DNA of 64,000 nt from Octopus vulgaris (lineage: Eukaryota): NCBI GenBank assembly GCA_951406725.2, contig OX597823.1, positions 25,420,001 through 25,484,000 on the forward strand, in the 5' to 3' direction. Below, one piece after another: positions 1 through 14,690 of this stretch. A program made the position numbers and the translations under genes. Each line of letters opens with the position of its first letter. The stretch's first letter is position 1. Under the pieces are notes generated by a model that was given only the letters and a program-made list of their open reading frames with translations, had not been told where the DNA came from and did no database searches.

Positions 1-2594
1 AAAAAAAAAGATAAAAAATTACCATCCCGGACTGTAACAAAAGCTTTAGAAACTTTAATTAGATACAAAAATTCTTCTATGAAAGGATGTTTAGGTCCAA
101 GATTATTAGTCGTAATTCATTCCCAAAGGAAAATTCTCGTTACCAAAGACAGCAGTAATGAAACGTCGACCTCATGTTTGCCTCGAACCCACCAGATGTA
201 TATCGGAGGATAAAAGGAAGCCACATACTTAAAAATATGTTGAAGCTTCCATGATAATAAAGTTCTTTTCGTTCAAGATTGCACTCTCGGTGTATGAATG
301 CCAGAAACAGCCACTATAAATATATTCTAACCTAAATCTATAACTAGAATTGAAACATGCACTCGCTCAAAAGGGTCATAATAAACCTTAATGTCATGAT
401 AAACCTTAAAAATTATGGGACAAGCATTGTTGCTCAAAAATACTAGAATCACTATACGGTTTACATTCTGTGGCATCTTAAAACGAAAAGAGACGTATGT
501 GTGAATTACGATGTCACGATAATTATTAAATCGAATTCTTAATATAAAAATTTGAAAACGTTCAAAATATCTTTAACTTCGAATAAGTAAATTCATAATA
601 TAACTCTTCATACCAAAGTATATATAAAAAAACATATTTCACACTGCATGCAAATTACCATGATAATCTTTTCTACTCTAGGCACAAGGCCCGAAATTAC
701 CATGATAATAAAAAAAACTGGATTTATGATAAAGTTGAATCTATGCTATAATGGAAAAAGCTGCTTATTAATTAGGTAAGTAACAATTACTAAAAGTACT
801 AAAAGAAATATTTTTATGAATTCATGTTCAAGGAAATTTCCTATAATTCCGATTTCTCAAGTTTATTGAATTTTTAATTCCAATTTCTCGCAAATTTAAA
901 TATTCACTGCATCCAGTTCGTCAAAAATTTAAATATTCATTGCATTCAGTGCGGTGTATTCCATTTTCATTTGCAAAGTCACTCACTTTCTCTTTTAAGT
1001 TTTAATTCGCTATTAATGTATACGTAATGTAAAAACATTATTTATTGAATGAAAACTTTTTAAAATATACATAATTTTTAAATGCGGGATATCTGTGAGA
1101 GGAGTCTAGAAAGTCGGGTAATTACTGTTAGAAGACGAAGAGAAAAAAGCAAAAAATTACTGACAAGTACTCGAAACTTTCACTTTATTCACAGTTTCCA
1201 AACACAACTTCAACAGTGACACACACACGCATATACACACACACACAGACACACAACAATACACACTCGCGCATACACATAGACACATAAATGAAAGGCA
1301 ATTAATGTGTGTGCGTCCGTGCGTGTGCGTATGCATGCGCGCGCGTGTTGTTCACTGACAAAATTTCGCGTTGCATCGCTTTTGTGAAGTATTGTCAGTG
1401 AACAGGTCGTGGTTTGGAAGCGATGAGAATATTTTAATACATATGAAGTTTTAATGTTGAAGTGAAACTAACGGTATTTGTGTGTTCTTGAATGGTTTAC
1501 AAACATCTTCCGTGCTGAAATTGTTTTTGTTTTAGCACATGATTTCAGATCAAGTCACTTGCTATGCAAGTACATCTCCGTAACTTTTTAAAAATCACTG
1601 TGGTTAAATGCCAGCAATGACCTTCTCACGCTCTCCAATATTTTAATTTCTAAACAGGAACAATCAGGGGCAGGGAGTGGGGTTCATAATTTCTCAAATT
1701 TTATTTTTTATAGAATATAAATGTATTTATGGGGAAAAATACTGAAGAAATCAATATATGCGAGAATGATAAAGCGACAACGTGGGTTGTCTTTGGATGT
1801 GCCCCCCCAAAAAAACAACAGCCAAATCGCCCTTAAATCACTTTTCCCTCTGAAAATATTAACAATTTAAAAACTTTTTTTTACCGAAAATGCTCTTCTC
1901 GTGGTTTTGAAGTGCAAAAATAAAAAATGTTGGCCAAAATATGTCCAGAGTGGGATGATGAGGGAGTGTATAAAAAAAAGAGCTTTCAAAACCTTTTTCA
2001 TACAAAGATGCTCCCCCAACCCCATCATTTCAAAGGCTGTGGTTAAAAAAAATATGGGGAAAATCCCCGAAACACTTTTCCCCACAAATTTCTTTATAAT
2101 TGTAATCTATGCCATTTGAAAGGGATTTGTATAAAAATTCATTAAGAGATATCCATCCTCCTGAAAGTTATTATGGAACAAAGTCAGATTGTGTGAATTT
2201 TCTGAAACTCCTCTGTACACCTCCTCGCAAAAATTCTTTCCCATAAATCCCTATATATTCTAAAGCCACAGCATCTAAGCAGTATTTGTAGAAAAATTTG
2301 TTAAAAAGTATCCATTTTTCTGGATGTTATGAGGCAACAAAGTCGGGGGCGTATACATCTGTAGTAATGCCCTTTTATTTATACGATTTTTTCATTTCAT
2401 GTTTATTTCATTCATTGTTTGCAATGTTCTCTCTCTCTCTCTCTGTTACACACACTACAAAGCTTACAGATGGGCTGCTGAATTGAAATCTTTATGTTGC
2501 TTCGAGAAGGTAAAACTTGACAAACTGCTTCCCCCTCTGTTGTTGGACTACCGTGATGTTATGACTGTGATAAAATAATGAAAGCAATATTTAC

Positions 2595-2719
2595 TAAGTG
2601 AGCACTATCATACAAAGAAATGATTAGACATAAAATACAAAAATTATTATAAATGGGAATCAAATGTGAAAATATTATGAAGTGGGTAGCAGAAAATCGC
2701 CGGGAGGGCGGTCTTTCTA
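2595..2719 (-). CDS. SLC18B1: Probable SLC18B1-like gene B exon (125 nt, phase 1-0): ERPPSRRFSATHFIIFSHLIPIYNNFCILCLIISLYDSAHL
   Basis: Phase matches the preceding 88-nt exon. The Ser-to-Asp spacing equals that of human SFWKL...GFLD (TM7). Boundaries are uncertain: several clustered AGs at 2717-2726 and a weak gtaaat donor. Confidence 0.55.
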
Positions 2720-3899
2720 CTAGTCTATATAACAGCGAAAGTACGAAACTGAAATGATTATAAGCAAAGATAATTCACATTATGATACACATACTAATGG
2801 AACAGTTATGTGAATTAAACAAATTATTACTAAATTATTTTTGATTGATTACTTGTAAATGTAGAAAAATTATCATTCATAGATTGAATTATTGCGTAAA
2901 GATGACATTAGTATTTGTACACAATTGTTTTGTTAAAATTGAGTATACGATAATTTAACTTAATTAACTTTTAATATAACTTAATTTCGATGAACTAAAC
3001 AAATTTCATGTGATAAAAGGATGCCACAGAAAGTACAATGTATGGTGATTCCAGTATTTTTGATCAACAATGCTAGTCTCATACTTTTTAAGGTTTATTA
3101 TGACATTCTGTAATCCTTTTAAGTGTGCGCATTTTTCAGTTCTAGTTGCGTACTTTTTAAGGCAAGGCTTGTAATATTTTATATATGTACCGTATTTCTC
3201 CTAATGGTGTAGCAACCTCTAATAAATTGACACCCAAGCACCGACTAATTGAAATAGTGTGACTGTCACAATATTAAAAAATGTACGATAAAATTGATAA
3301 TAATTGTATTTGTTTATTATCATACAGAGAGGTACTGAACAGCAGCTAGCATACTATAAGCTGTACTATAAAGAAATGCATTATAAAAAATATTAATAAT
3401 ATCAATTTTTAGAAAATCATTAGCAAAATCTAAAACGACATACCAAGCAACGAAAAGAAGGCGAAATGAGTAACATAAAATTCTCGAAAACAGCTGCATG
3501 CCAAACTATGACTCATTGGTTGATGATTGAAAATTAACCTATAAAACGCGATCACCACGCAAACGGCTACAGCCCCATTACACTTTCATTCGCAACCTAG
3601 GAATATCTTGTCAGACACACAGTAGAGTCGACATTAACATTCTGTTGTCGGTCACTGCGTGCCTGACAGATATACCCAATCAAACGATAACTCAAAAAAG
3701 TTGCTGAGGTCAGTTGTATGTACTTGAAATTCCATATCTCATAACCTTTTCCTATCATTTATCTTATCCACATTTGAATACCAAAGTCTGCATGTATATT
3801 AAATTCTAGTAATATCACCATTATCGTAGGGCAGTTGATCTGGAACCATGATGATGGATTAATCAATTGTCAGAGTTAAGCTCTTGAGAACTCACTTCA

Positions 3900-5170
3900 A
3901 GTAACCAAATGTAAAAGAACTATTGATGCGAAAGACGAAGAATGCGTCGTTCGTGCTAATGCGCATTCAATGATACGCTACAATACGAAAGTTGTTCAAT
4001 GAACACGGCTGGAAGTGACGCAGCGTGACGACAAGCTTCGATCTTTGGCAAACTGCAGCGGGTGCGTGTAATCTGATTTCAAGCTGCTATATGTGATACT
4101 TCAGTAAAACTTTCACGAAATGTTCGCGAAGATGTTGGATTTCGTGTTTACTTTAATGGCCGTCCGTAACTACGTCGAATTCAAGACTTATTCGCTACTG
4201 TTGTCCACCAATCAGATGGTTTGGGTGAGTATTTATTGCAGCTGACAACAAAGTGGAAACGTTACAAGACTTGTGAGGTGAGGTGTCAGAACTTTGCTGA
4301 CGAATGTTTAGGACGAGAATGATATAATAGTCGATTTTAGGTCAAAAACTCTATTCAAAGATTTTGGTAATAATGCTCGCCAAATGTACGAAAGAGTCGG
4401 CATCGGCTAAACGATTTCATTCTTGTCTTTCTGAAACTGGATCACAACAATGTGCATTGGTTTCTATTCTGTAGTCAAACTAAACAAATGAATCAATTGG
4501 ATTCGTTTCACAACCGGCGCGGAACCACCTGGGATTCTCTTCTTTCTCTTCTGCATATTTTAGTGTTGCAACCATTGCTATAGGGTTCACAAATTTTGAG
4601 TGGTATACTTCTCGAACTGAAACATAAGACAGTCGTATCTGCATATGCGACGAAATCTCTGCCATGGTGTCGGACACATCTGAACTCATGATGCTCGTGA
4701 TCATTCTAGAAATGTACTAGGCATTACAAGAGTAAACATGAACTCATTCAAGACAGCAGGCTTCCAGCTCAACTCAGCACACTGAAAAGAATGTCCATGC
4801 TGAATATCGGCGGCTTCTGTTATTCGAACAACGTTCCAGTTCAAGTGAAGAAAAACTAGGAAAAGGATGCGAGCAAGGTAGCCAGGTTCACACAAAAATC
4901 AGATGAAAGAAAGCTGTCCCTGAGATGTAGGTAGAAGTGACTGATATCTATATTCACTTCTGTAATATGCTACCGCTAACTTTCGTGCTGTTCGTTAGGA
5001 AACATCTGACTAGACCGGGATTAGTTCCGCTGGTTACAAAGTGCACTTGCTGGCAAAAACCACTTCAAGGGAGATTTGAGATGTTATAGTCAACTATAAC
5101 ATCTCAATATACATACATTCACCGAGACTACAGATCTACAGAGAATCTGGAACACCTCTACAAAAATTAC
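3900..5170. mobile_element. Heavily decayed retroelement-like remnant adjoining the truncated Gypsy
   Basis: Higher GC than the flanks; HQSDGLGEY near 4205 resembles the integrase HPQSNGLVE motif. No intact ORF. Confidence 0.3.
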
Positions 5171-8113
5171 GAACGCGATGAAACGAATACCAGGATGTGA
5201 CAGAGAATGCAGGGCAGAAAAAATTTCACGATGATGCTTCTGCGGTAGATAAGGGCGTTGGTGACCGGTGGAGATATCACACCAAATATGGGCTATGGAT
5301 GATGGTACCGGAACTTGCTGAAATTTGAGAGATGACGAATTTCGGAGATTTAGAAGTTCTTCGTCATTCTCCTGGTCAGCTACTATACGTGGAAGGTCAA
5401 TTGTGGCAGTGGTGTGGATTGCATTGATCTGCATGCGTGATAGTGTATTGGCTGCTGAGTTGGTCGACCTTTTGATGTGGCGTATATCTGTCGTGTACTG
5501 CGATTTGAAGTCGAGGTGGCGGACTTCTCGCGGCGAGTGACGATCAGGTTTGGTATTAAAGGCGTACACTAGTGGCTTGTGGTCGGTGTATATGGCAAAA
5601 TTGCTACCTTCTAGCAGGTGTCGGAAATGCTTAACAGCCAGGTATGCCGCTAATAATTCCCGACTGAAAGTGCTGTATTTCGTTTCAGCGGGTTTTAACC
5701 GCTTGGAAAAGAAAGACAACGGTTGCTATATGTCGTCAACGAGCTGTTGTAGCACACCTCCAGCTCCAGAATCGGATGCATCACTAGTACACACAGTGGG
5801 GAGTCTGGTTTGGGATACACCAGCATGGTAGCGTTAGAAAACATTTTTTTCAAGGCAGCGAAAGAGGTAAGTTGTCCTTCACTCAGGGCAATGTTTGTAT
5901 TTTTGCATGTTCGCTGTCGCAGCATATTCGTGAGAGGCTGTGCTGTCTCTGAACAGTGGGGTAAAAATCTGTAAAAAATTACCAAGCCAAGAAATTCTCG
6001 CAATTTGCGGAGAAATTTGGGTGGTGGAAAATCCACGATGGCTTTGACTTTCTCGAGAAATGGGCGAATGACATCCTTATCGACGATGTGTCCGAGAAAA
6101 TGAAGTAACTCCGAACGAACACTTGCTGGGGTTGATAACAATACCGTATTTGCGCAGGCTTTCGAATAGCAGGTGCAGGTGTTGATCATGCTCTTCGTCT
6201 GAGCTACTGGCCACAAGCACATCGTCTATGTATGCATAGACGAAAGGCAAACCTCTGATAACTGTGTCTATTAACAGTTAGAATGTATGTGCCGCGTTGC
6301 GTAAACCGAAAAGCATACACAGGAATTCAAACATTCCGAAGGGTGTCGTGACTGCTGTCTTCGGAATATGCGCAGGTTCCACAGGGATTTGATTGTAAGC
6401 TCGCACAGGGTCGATCTCTAAAAAGACGCGAGCTCCATGCAGCAAGCTAGAAAAGTCCTGTAGATTTGGAACAGGATATGCATCAGATACAGTGCAGTTA
6501 TTTAGCGATAGATAATCACCGCAAACTCGCCAATCGGTTGAAGACTTTTTAGGAAACAGGGATTATGCTGACGTCCGCGCCAGTGTCAACAAGGAAACGC
6601 ATGCTTGTTATACGATCGCAAACGAAAAACAGGCGATTTTGTGGGTGAGAGCCAGGAACTTCCATCGTGTTCAATTCCTGGCTGTGTCGTTTCCCGAATG
6701 GGATGCTGAAAACGAACAAGGGATCGTCCATTTCTGCGCCCGTGTTCCGAACTTTCGGTGGTACCAAGTTTCCTGCGAGTTACTGGTGGCACTTGGGCTT
6801 CGGAACCGTCTACCGAATCGACGCGATCGGCTGTTACTTCGACGCGGTGTACCAAGCGATAGGACTTGTATCTGTGTTGTCAGGGCCTGTATCTGCGATA
6901 CCTGCTGCGTTATCAATGAGCGCAAGCCCGAAATTTCGGAAGCACTGGTGACGGAAAGGAAAGGATTTGTAGGGGGTCACCGTCGATATCGTTGAATATC
7001 TATGCTGTACCTCGGCAATTTTGTCAGCTAGCTCCACCAGTTCCTCAATGGAAGTGGATTCTTGTGCGGAAGTGACTATCACCTGCGTGTTGGAGGGCAG
7101 ACACTGGAAAAAAAAATGCTTAAAAATCTTTTTGGGGAGAATCTCATCTCCAAAAAGCTATTTCATTCTTCGTAGAAGCTGAGAAGGCGTTCTATCACCT
7201 AATTCTTCTGACGTAAGGAGCTGTTGGAGTCACTTTTGTTGGGACTCTGAAGTCCTGTTGATCAGGGTGGTTTTAAAAGTGTCATATGACACACAACCGG
7301 ATGGTGCCATAATGAGATCACGGACTACGCTCATGATCTCTGGCGACAGGGAACCAATCAAGTGCGTAAGGCGAGACGCATCGTTCACTATTCGGCTGGA
7401 AGAAACTGGGCCTCGATATGGTGAAATCATACTGCAGGGTCGTGCGTCCAAAATGGTGGAATCCTGAACGTAATCGCTGCTTGGTATGCCATGTTGACCG
7501 TAGATGTGTTCGCCACTGGGTTGTGTTCTGATAGAGCCATTGTGTGACGATTAATCGCAGCAATTTTTCAGTTCTGATTTAGCGACGGGTGAAATGAAGG
7601 CTGTCATTCTTAGTCAGGGTCTCCAAATGTAGTGGGAAAGGTGTAGCAAAAGATGTTGGGGTTGCAGATGAAATAAGCATGTGGACGACGTCAAAGTAAA
7701 ACAATAGGAAAACATCGGATTGTAGTTTAAATAATTTATTTAAACGACACTTGCATTTACTTGTATACATCAAAAATCTCACTACATGATATTACCAACT
7801 TACTTCGAGCTGGCCAAGTAGAAATTAACAGGGTAAATACTGAGTCAATATGATGAGGTAGAACCAGACATGTTTTGTATCTGTGTGTGCGTTGGTCATT
7901 CAGTGGTGTCTGTTTATGTTCTGCGTCTGCTACTGTGTAGGGTCGTTCATGCTGAATATCTGGTTCTCTATTGCCTGCTTAACTGGCGAAGTTACTTTCT
8001 GGCCGTCTCGCCTCTGACTATCTCTCTCTCCCTGCCTTCCCTTGACGGTTTGCAATATTTATAATGGTCTTGACAGCTAGAAGGACAGACATACCACATG
8101 AGAAATTCCTACA
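5170..8113 (-). mobile_element. Degenerate, 3'-truncated Ty3/Gypsy LTR retrotransposon of the CsRn1-like clade (5' LTR 7628-8113; gag, protease, RT, RNase H, start of integrase)
   Basis: LTR bounded by TGTAG...CTACA and followed on the minus strand by a tRNA-Trp-like PBS (tttggagaccctgac). Gag has a CHCC-type remnant WYHRKFGTRAQKWTIPC; protease FLVDTGADVSII; RT AYIDD region; RNase H YSTFSRELLAAYLAVKHFRHLLEG..YTDHKPL; LHSLSHPG. Many frameshifts. Confidence 0.9.
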
Positions 8114-8514
8114 TATGTAGGTCGCCTCCTGTCCACTTGAACCTTACATGACACGGCTGAGGTTGAAGGTCAAAGGGGAACCATCCTTCATTTTTTTGAC
8201 AGGACAAAAAAATTTCTTTTGCGCCTGTTTGGTCAGTGGTGGTCAGACGAGCGAGAAGTCTTAGATTCGGTTTCGAATCTCAGCGCGGAAAAAGGAAATG
8301 TTAGTTTTTACATAGTGAAAACTTTTAGTTCTCATTAGCCGAGTGCATATCTAAAATGGTTTTAGTCAACCATGAAGTTGTTTTTGATGAATCAGGAGTG
8401 AAGTACATGCGTTGCCAGGGTTAATTTACGATAAATATTGATATCAACCATGAGAGAAATGCCTGCAGTAACGACAGTAGAGTGTTTTGTACATAATAAA
8501 TAAAAATAAATGTT

Positions 8515-8740
8515 TCCTTCTCAAGCCATCCCAGGCTCATGAGGGTCAGTTTCAATGACGTATATATTCCCCACCTGGACGGGACCCCAATCCATCGCAG
8601 GATTACTCATTCTTGCCAGCTGAGTGAACTGGAGCAACGTGAAATGAAGTGTTTTGCTCAAGAACACAACGCGTCGCCCGGTTCAGGAATCGAAATCAAA
8701 ATCATGTGTCCAACACCCTAACCACTAAGCCACGCGCCTC
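8515..8740 (-). mobile_element. tRNA-derived SINE (family with a V-SINE-like cctgcgatggactggcgtcccgtccag segment)
   Basis: Reverse complement of the family seen at 44770-45022. tRNA-like head with A/B boxes. Confidence 0.75.
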
Positions 8741-9039
8741 CACTGTTTTGTACATAACATCCAATATATTACTATACTGAAAATTATGAAGTCAGATATC
8801 CTATCGGATAAGATAGTGCACCACTTATCGGTAGGTCGAGTGTTGAAATCAACTTCAGAGATACAATTAAGGGAACTCAACCAGTCATAAAGTCTGAGAG
8901 GTAGCAGGTGTGGTGGGATATGTGAATGTATGGTGACAAATATATTGAGTGATCCTCCTTCAGTTATTGTCATAACTATATTTATATTTAACAATTACAA
9001 GCGTTAATAAATATGCACACACATACACGTTTGTATGTA

Positions 9040-9654
<615 letters not shown>

Positions 9655-9655
<1 letters not shown>

Positions 9656-10385
9656 TTACATAGAGAAATGCCAGCAAGAGAAATAATACTCTTAAGATTA
9701 TTATTTGGAAATGTACAGGACAAATTATTGCACTTGGAAAAATTTAGGCTAAGTTATTACATCTGGTGAAGTACAGAACAAGACAATTTTTTACTTAAAA
9801 TATTGCAGCTAAGGATTCAAACACAATATTTAGATTTAGAAGATATTAGCTTTTATTAAAACTAAAAAAAATATTACAATTTATTACTTCTATTTGTTAT
9901 TACTTGTTACTTCCATTAAAAATTAAAAGTAACTCCAAAAAATTCATTTTTTAAATTATTATTTAATTATTAAAAATTTGAAAATAGGTTATAAAAAGTA
10001 AGAGTAATACATAGTTAGTACAATAAATATAATAATACAAAAATTAGTTAGATATTACAGTAAAATCTACCTATAACAAATTCACAGTAAAATTTGCTCG
10101 AGTTATTGCCTAAGGTATTGCTAAGTCTTCACATTTTTAGTCCTGAACAATGCCTATTTTTACATAATGAATTTGCCTACAGTATATACTATTCTACTTT
10201 GCATAAAACTTTAGCTATATTGGTACTTCTGGCTCTGATTTTTTAAGTATTCTAGTGTGCCGATATTTTTAAAAAATTATGATACCTTTTTAAATTATAA
10301 TGTTACTTTGAAAATTAAAATCAAATAATTTATAATATTCAATAACTGCAATATTTTAAGTAAAACTTTTCATGCTTTGTACTAA
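9655..10385. mobile_element. AT-rich foldback MITE / non-autonomous DNA transposon, partial copy
   Basis: Collinear with 54886-55625. Internal inverted match between ttacttaaaatattgcag (about 9790) and ctgcaatattttaagtaa (about 10346). Confidence 0.7.
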
Positions 10386-10654
10386 AAATAGCCAAGCAAC
10401 TACTACTTCTATCCACAGGAATGTATATAAAGGACAAAATTTAACCAGTCAACCACAGTTGAAACCAATGATCAGAACTGTCACCACCAATGAACCAAAA
10501 GATTGTGTAAATGCAAGAAAGTATACCAGTTCAATAAGAATGAACACTTAATATTTCATTTGTTCAATAAGAATAGACAATTAATATTTCATTTCATTTC
10601 TTTTTACTATATTATTTTATATCTCATATTAATATTAGAAGATTATAAATAAAA

Positions 10655-11048
10655 GGCGCAGGAGTGGCTGTGTGGTAAGTAGCTTGCTTACCAACCACAT
10701 GGTTCCGGGTTCAGTCCCACTGCGTGGCCCTTGGCCAAGTGTCTTCTACTATAGCCTCGGGCTGACCAAAGCCTTGTGAGGTAGACGGAAACTGAAAGAA
10801 GCCCGTCGTATATATGTATATGTGTATATGTGTGTGTATGTTTGTGTGTCTGTGTTTGTCCCCCTAGCATTGCTTGACAACCGATGCTGATGTGTTTATG
10901 TCCCCGTTACTTAGCGGTTCGGCAAAAGAGACAGATAGAATAAGTACTGGGCTTACAAAGAATAAGTCCCGGGGTCGATTTGCTCGACTAAAGGCGGTGC
11001 TCCAGCATGGCCGCAGTAAAATGACTGAAACAAGTAAAAGAGTAAAAT
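10655..11048 (+). mobile_element. tRNA-derived SINE (major octopus-type family, head GGCGCAGGAGTGGCTGTGTGGTAAG)
   Basis: A box (tggctgtgtggtaag), B box (gggttcagtcc), CORE-like ccttgg.caagtg, internal AT/GT microsatellite and gtaaaaga tail. At least five copies in the window. Confidence 0.9.
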
Positions 11049-11183
11049 GTGAAAAACAGAGTTGGAATCTCTTTGAATATATATATATATATATATATGT
11101 ATGTGTATGTGTGTGTGTGTATGTGTATATATATATGTATATATATATGTGTATATATATATATGTATATATTTATATGTATG

Positions 11184-11214
<31 letters not shown>

Positions 11215-11262
11215 ACACATATACATATATAGATATACATATACATATATACACACATATAC

Positions 11263-11299
<37 letters not shown>

Positions 11300-11495
11300 G
11301 TGAATTGAAGAAATGGAGCTGAACGCAGATTGAACAGCTCCATTTCTTCAATTCACCAATAATATTTTAATTTCAATTATCCGCACCAACGCACGGTTGC
11401 AACACCATATGGTTGTACCTCCAACCGTGCTGTTTACTGCTGTGATTTTTGCTACCAAGGTATCGGTTAAACTTTTGATTAATCTACTACAAGAT

Positions 11496-11532
<37 letters not shown>

Positions 11533-11819
11533 TAGAAATATTAAATTTCTAAATATCTCAAAGAGATATGAGCGGTGGTGGAGCGATAGAGTGGTTGTAT
11601 ACTGTCAACTTAACGTGACAGTCCCGTAAAGGGTAACACACCACCACTATTTAGCCCTAGGATGCATCCACGCTTCCTGTCGGCTTTGACACATTTCCTG
11701 TGTCCTTATATCTGCGAAGGAGAGACAAGCACCCCCACCAGCTAGGGCCTGCACCTAGAGACATGCATGTTTCTGAGTCTTCTCGTCACCAGTCTAGGGT
11801 AGCAAGTCCTGCTAGTTGA

Positions 11820-13524
11820 TGATTTTTTATTAACCATAAAAGGTCTTACATAGAGGGGACACTACAACACATTGGGAACATAAAACATAAAAAAATCATT
11901 GTATGATAAAATGAGAAAAAAGGTCAAATAATGAGAGATGAAAGTGATGTTAACTGCCTCATCAGTCAACATCACTTACCTGTCCTTTTTATTCCTATTT
12001 TACCGCGAAAACCACAAAGTCTACAAATTCAACCTCGTATATTTCTTCTAGTTTATTCCTCTTTTCCGGTGCCAATGTTCCTCTTTTTAACATATATTCA
12101 TCCTCAAGTTCCTTTTCAAGTTCCTCAACCTGATTTTTTGACAATACTATTTCCATTTTCTGATGCCAGCCATCTGGCATTTCTATCTTTCCCCATATTT
12201 TCGATCTTTCATATAAATGTTTGTTGTCAATAATACCTGTACAATATTTTTCAGAGTGGGGGTTTTGTGCTATCGTTTGTTTGTCTGTTTTCTATTTTCT
12301 TGTTGCTGGGGAGTGGGTGGAATTGGTGTGTGCAGGGACGGGGTGGGACACAGTGGGTGAGGGTGGTGCTGGGGTGGGTTGGGGTTCACAGTTACTTGCC
12401 TTTTTTCTTTTCTGCTGTTTTCTTTATCCTGGGGTTTCCCACTCTTTTCCGTCTTCCTTCACTCGACTCTCCTTTTCTTCTGTTTCCTTCTGGGGTGCTA
12501 CCGTTTCCATTGCTGTTTCCTTGGTTATCTGTTCCACTGTCGTATTGCAGTTTGCTCTTATTTGTCCTTTCAGGCCACATCTATAACAACGAGGGGCTCT
12601 GCCCTCCACACATACTTTCATCGTTATATCACTTGTCGTAATCGACTCCGACAAACTTTGTAGGGTTTCCATTTCTGCCTGGACGCCCATTTCCAGCGTC
12701 GCTCCTATCCATCCTTTATCTTCTGTTATAGTCGCTTGGACTATGTCGACCTTATCTTCATTACCGCAGATAACCGCTGCTATTACTAATTCTGCTTCGA
12801 TATTCGGTGGCATTCCCTCCACCCTAATTCTTCATGTTCTTCTCCCCAGATGAGTGGGTAGAAGTATTATTTTCCTATTTTTTATCGTCTTTGTAGCCAT
12901 TCTTCCGCAGTTTCCTCATTTATATACTGCACCACCACTGTGGCATACTTATTTCCTCTTGCGAGGAATACTATTTCTTCCTCTGTTGTTCTTAAGGCCT
13001 CCTCTATCATTTCCATGTTTATTATATCTGTGCTGTTCTTGTCGTTTGCTAATACTCTGTATATTATTTTCTTTTTTTCCATTTTACTTTTTTTCCTGTT
13101 GGGCAGCAACAACTCCACCTCTCCATTCACTCTTTTTAATATGTCCTGGCATTCCGGTAATTTTGCCAGATTTATTTCTTTTTCCACCGGCTTCGCTGCA
13201 CCTGCGTATGTCCTTTTCTGTTGTATCATGTCCATTATTTCTACCGCTTCCACCAATTCTTCTTCAGAAGACGACATGTCCGACTCGCTGAACATTCTTG
13301 TTTCCTCCATTCTTCCTCTTAATGCGGAAAAACTCATTTTCCCTCGTCTGTCTCACACAGACAGACTAAATTCTCCAGTGAAAAACAATAAAGACAAGTA
13401 ATCCTTATGACTCAAAGCAACTTTTCCGACTTCCCAAGAGAACCGAACGTGTAACGCCGTTTTTACAACAGAATAACGTTTTCACCGCACGAACTTTAAA
13501 AAAAAACGTCTGAACGACACAAGA
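11820..13524 (-). mobile_element. Non-autonomous, ORF1-only non-LTR retrotransposon (HAL1-like) with a 12-bp TSD
   Basis: CCTGCTAGTTGA direct repeat at 11808-11819 and 13525-13536. Disrupted gag/ORF1-like reading frame 13337-11995 with the knuckle CYRCGLKGQIRANC. A-rich 3' end aataaaaaa. No RT or endonuclease within the TSD boundaries. Confidence 0.75.
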
Positions 13525-13655
13525 CCTGCTAGTTGAGATGTTTGCCAAGCCTCCGCAAACATATATATTTTCAGTGAAATCTATTCACTGATCACCAAAA
13601 TTAGAAATATTACTTGTATCATATCATATCATATTTCATATCATATATCGTATTA

Positions 13656-13857
13656 GGCGCAGGAGTGGCTGTGTGGTAAGAAGCCTGCTTCCTAACCACA
13701 TGGATTGGGGTTCAGTACTCATGCGTGGGACCTTATGAAAATATCTTTTACTATAGCCTCGGGCTGATCATAGCCTTGTGAGTGGATTTGTGTGGCTGTG
13801 TTTACCCCTCACCATCACTTGACAACTGATGTTGGTGTGTTTACGTCCCTGTAACTT
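13656..13857 (+). mobile_element. Degenerate, truncated copy of the major SINE
   Basis: Same head, ggcgcaggagtggctgtgtggtaag. Confidence 0.8.
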
Positions 13858-13879
13858 CCTACAGCATCTAATCGTGATC

Positions 13880-14690
13880 ATATTTTGAATGTGTGAGTTG
13901 TATATCCATGAAAACCCTCATTTAATTATCCGTAAAGTTTCTAAAGTAGACGTGCGTAAAAATTCGTGCTACGTGATAAATATATTAAAGATGCATCGTG
14001 AAGTCACAAAGTTAGTGTTGCATCTGTTGTGGGATGAAGGAAAAGAGAACTGGTGCTGTTTGGTAGTTAGAACGCTGATGAAAACATTCTGAAAATGCCA
14101 TAACAGGTGTGCGATTGCGATGCAGAAGCAAAAAGATAGTTGTCACAATAGAGTGGAACCAGTGCTGTTTCGACCAGAAAAGTGCCTCAGAGATACTCAA
14201 ATGCGAAGGGGATGTTGATCGTCAGTTTTGGTTGGAAGAATCTCATTCATCATGAGTTTGTTTCTTGTGTTCAAACGACCAGAGTGTTTACTTGGATATC
14301 TTGAGACATTTCAGAAAGGCAGTGTAAAAGGAGAGGCCTGTAGCATAAAATCTTGATGCTGCACAAAATGGCACCAGCTCATACGTCACTTTTTATCCCT
14401 ATCGTTTTGGTAAAACATTGGACGACGTTTATTTCCCTACTACCGTATTTTACAGATTTGGTCACTTAGGATTTTTTATCTTCACAATTTAAAATTTATT
14501 CTGAACGGTTGCCAATTTCAGTCATTATAAAAGCTATCGAAAAGTATTCACTGCAAGAACTTCTCACCACCTCTAAAAATGCACTGCAAAATTGGAAAAA
14601 TGCTAGGCTCCTTGCATCCACAATATATGGAACTATTTTGTAGAAGTCAAGTTTCATTGAATTGCAAGTAAAATAAATTTACTTTCCAAA
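13880..14690 (+). mobile_element. Decayed mariner transposase remnant
   Basis: Eroded mariner-like motifs: VHHEFV-like catcatgagtttgtt, NAPAHT-like gcaccagctcatacg, YSPDL-like ccgtattttacagatttg, and an LKFxLxGxxF-like segment. Confidence 0.55.

Noticed and set aside
10655-10730. tRNA gene
   Set aside because: This is the tRNA-like head of a SINE. It continues into the SINE body and has no proper cloverleaf or terminator.
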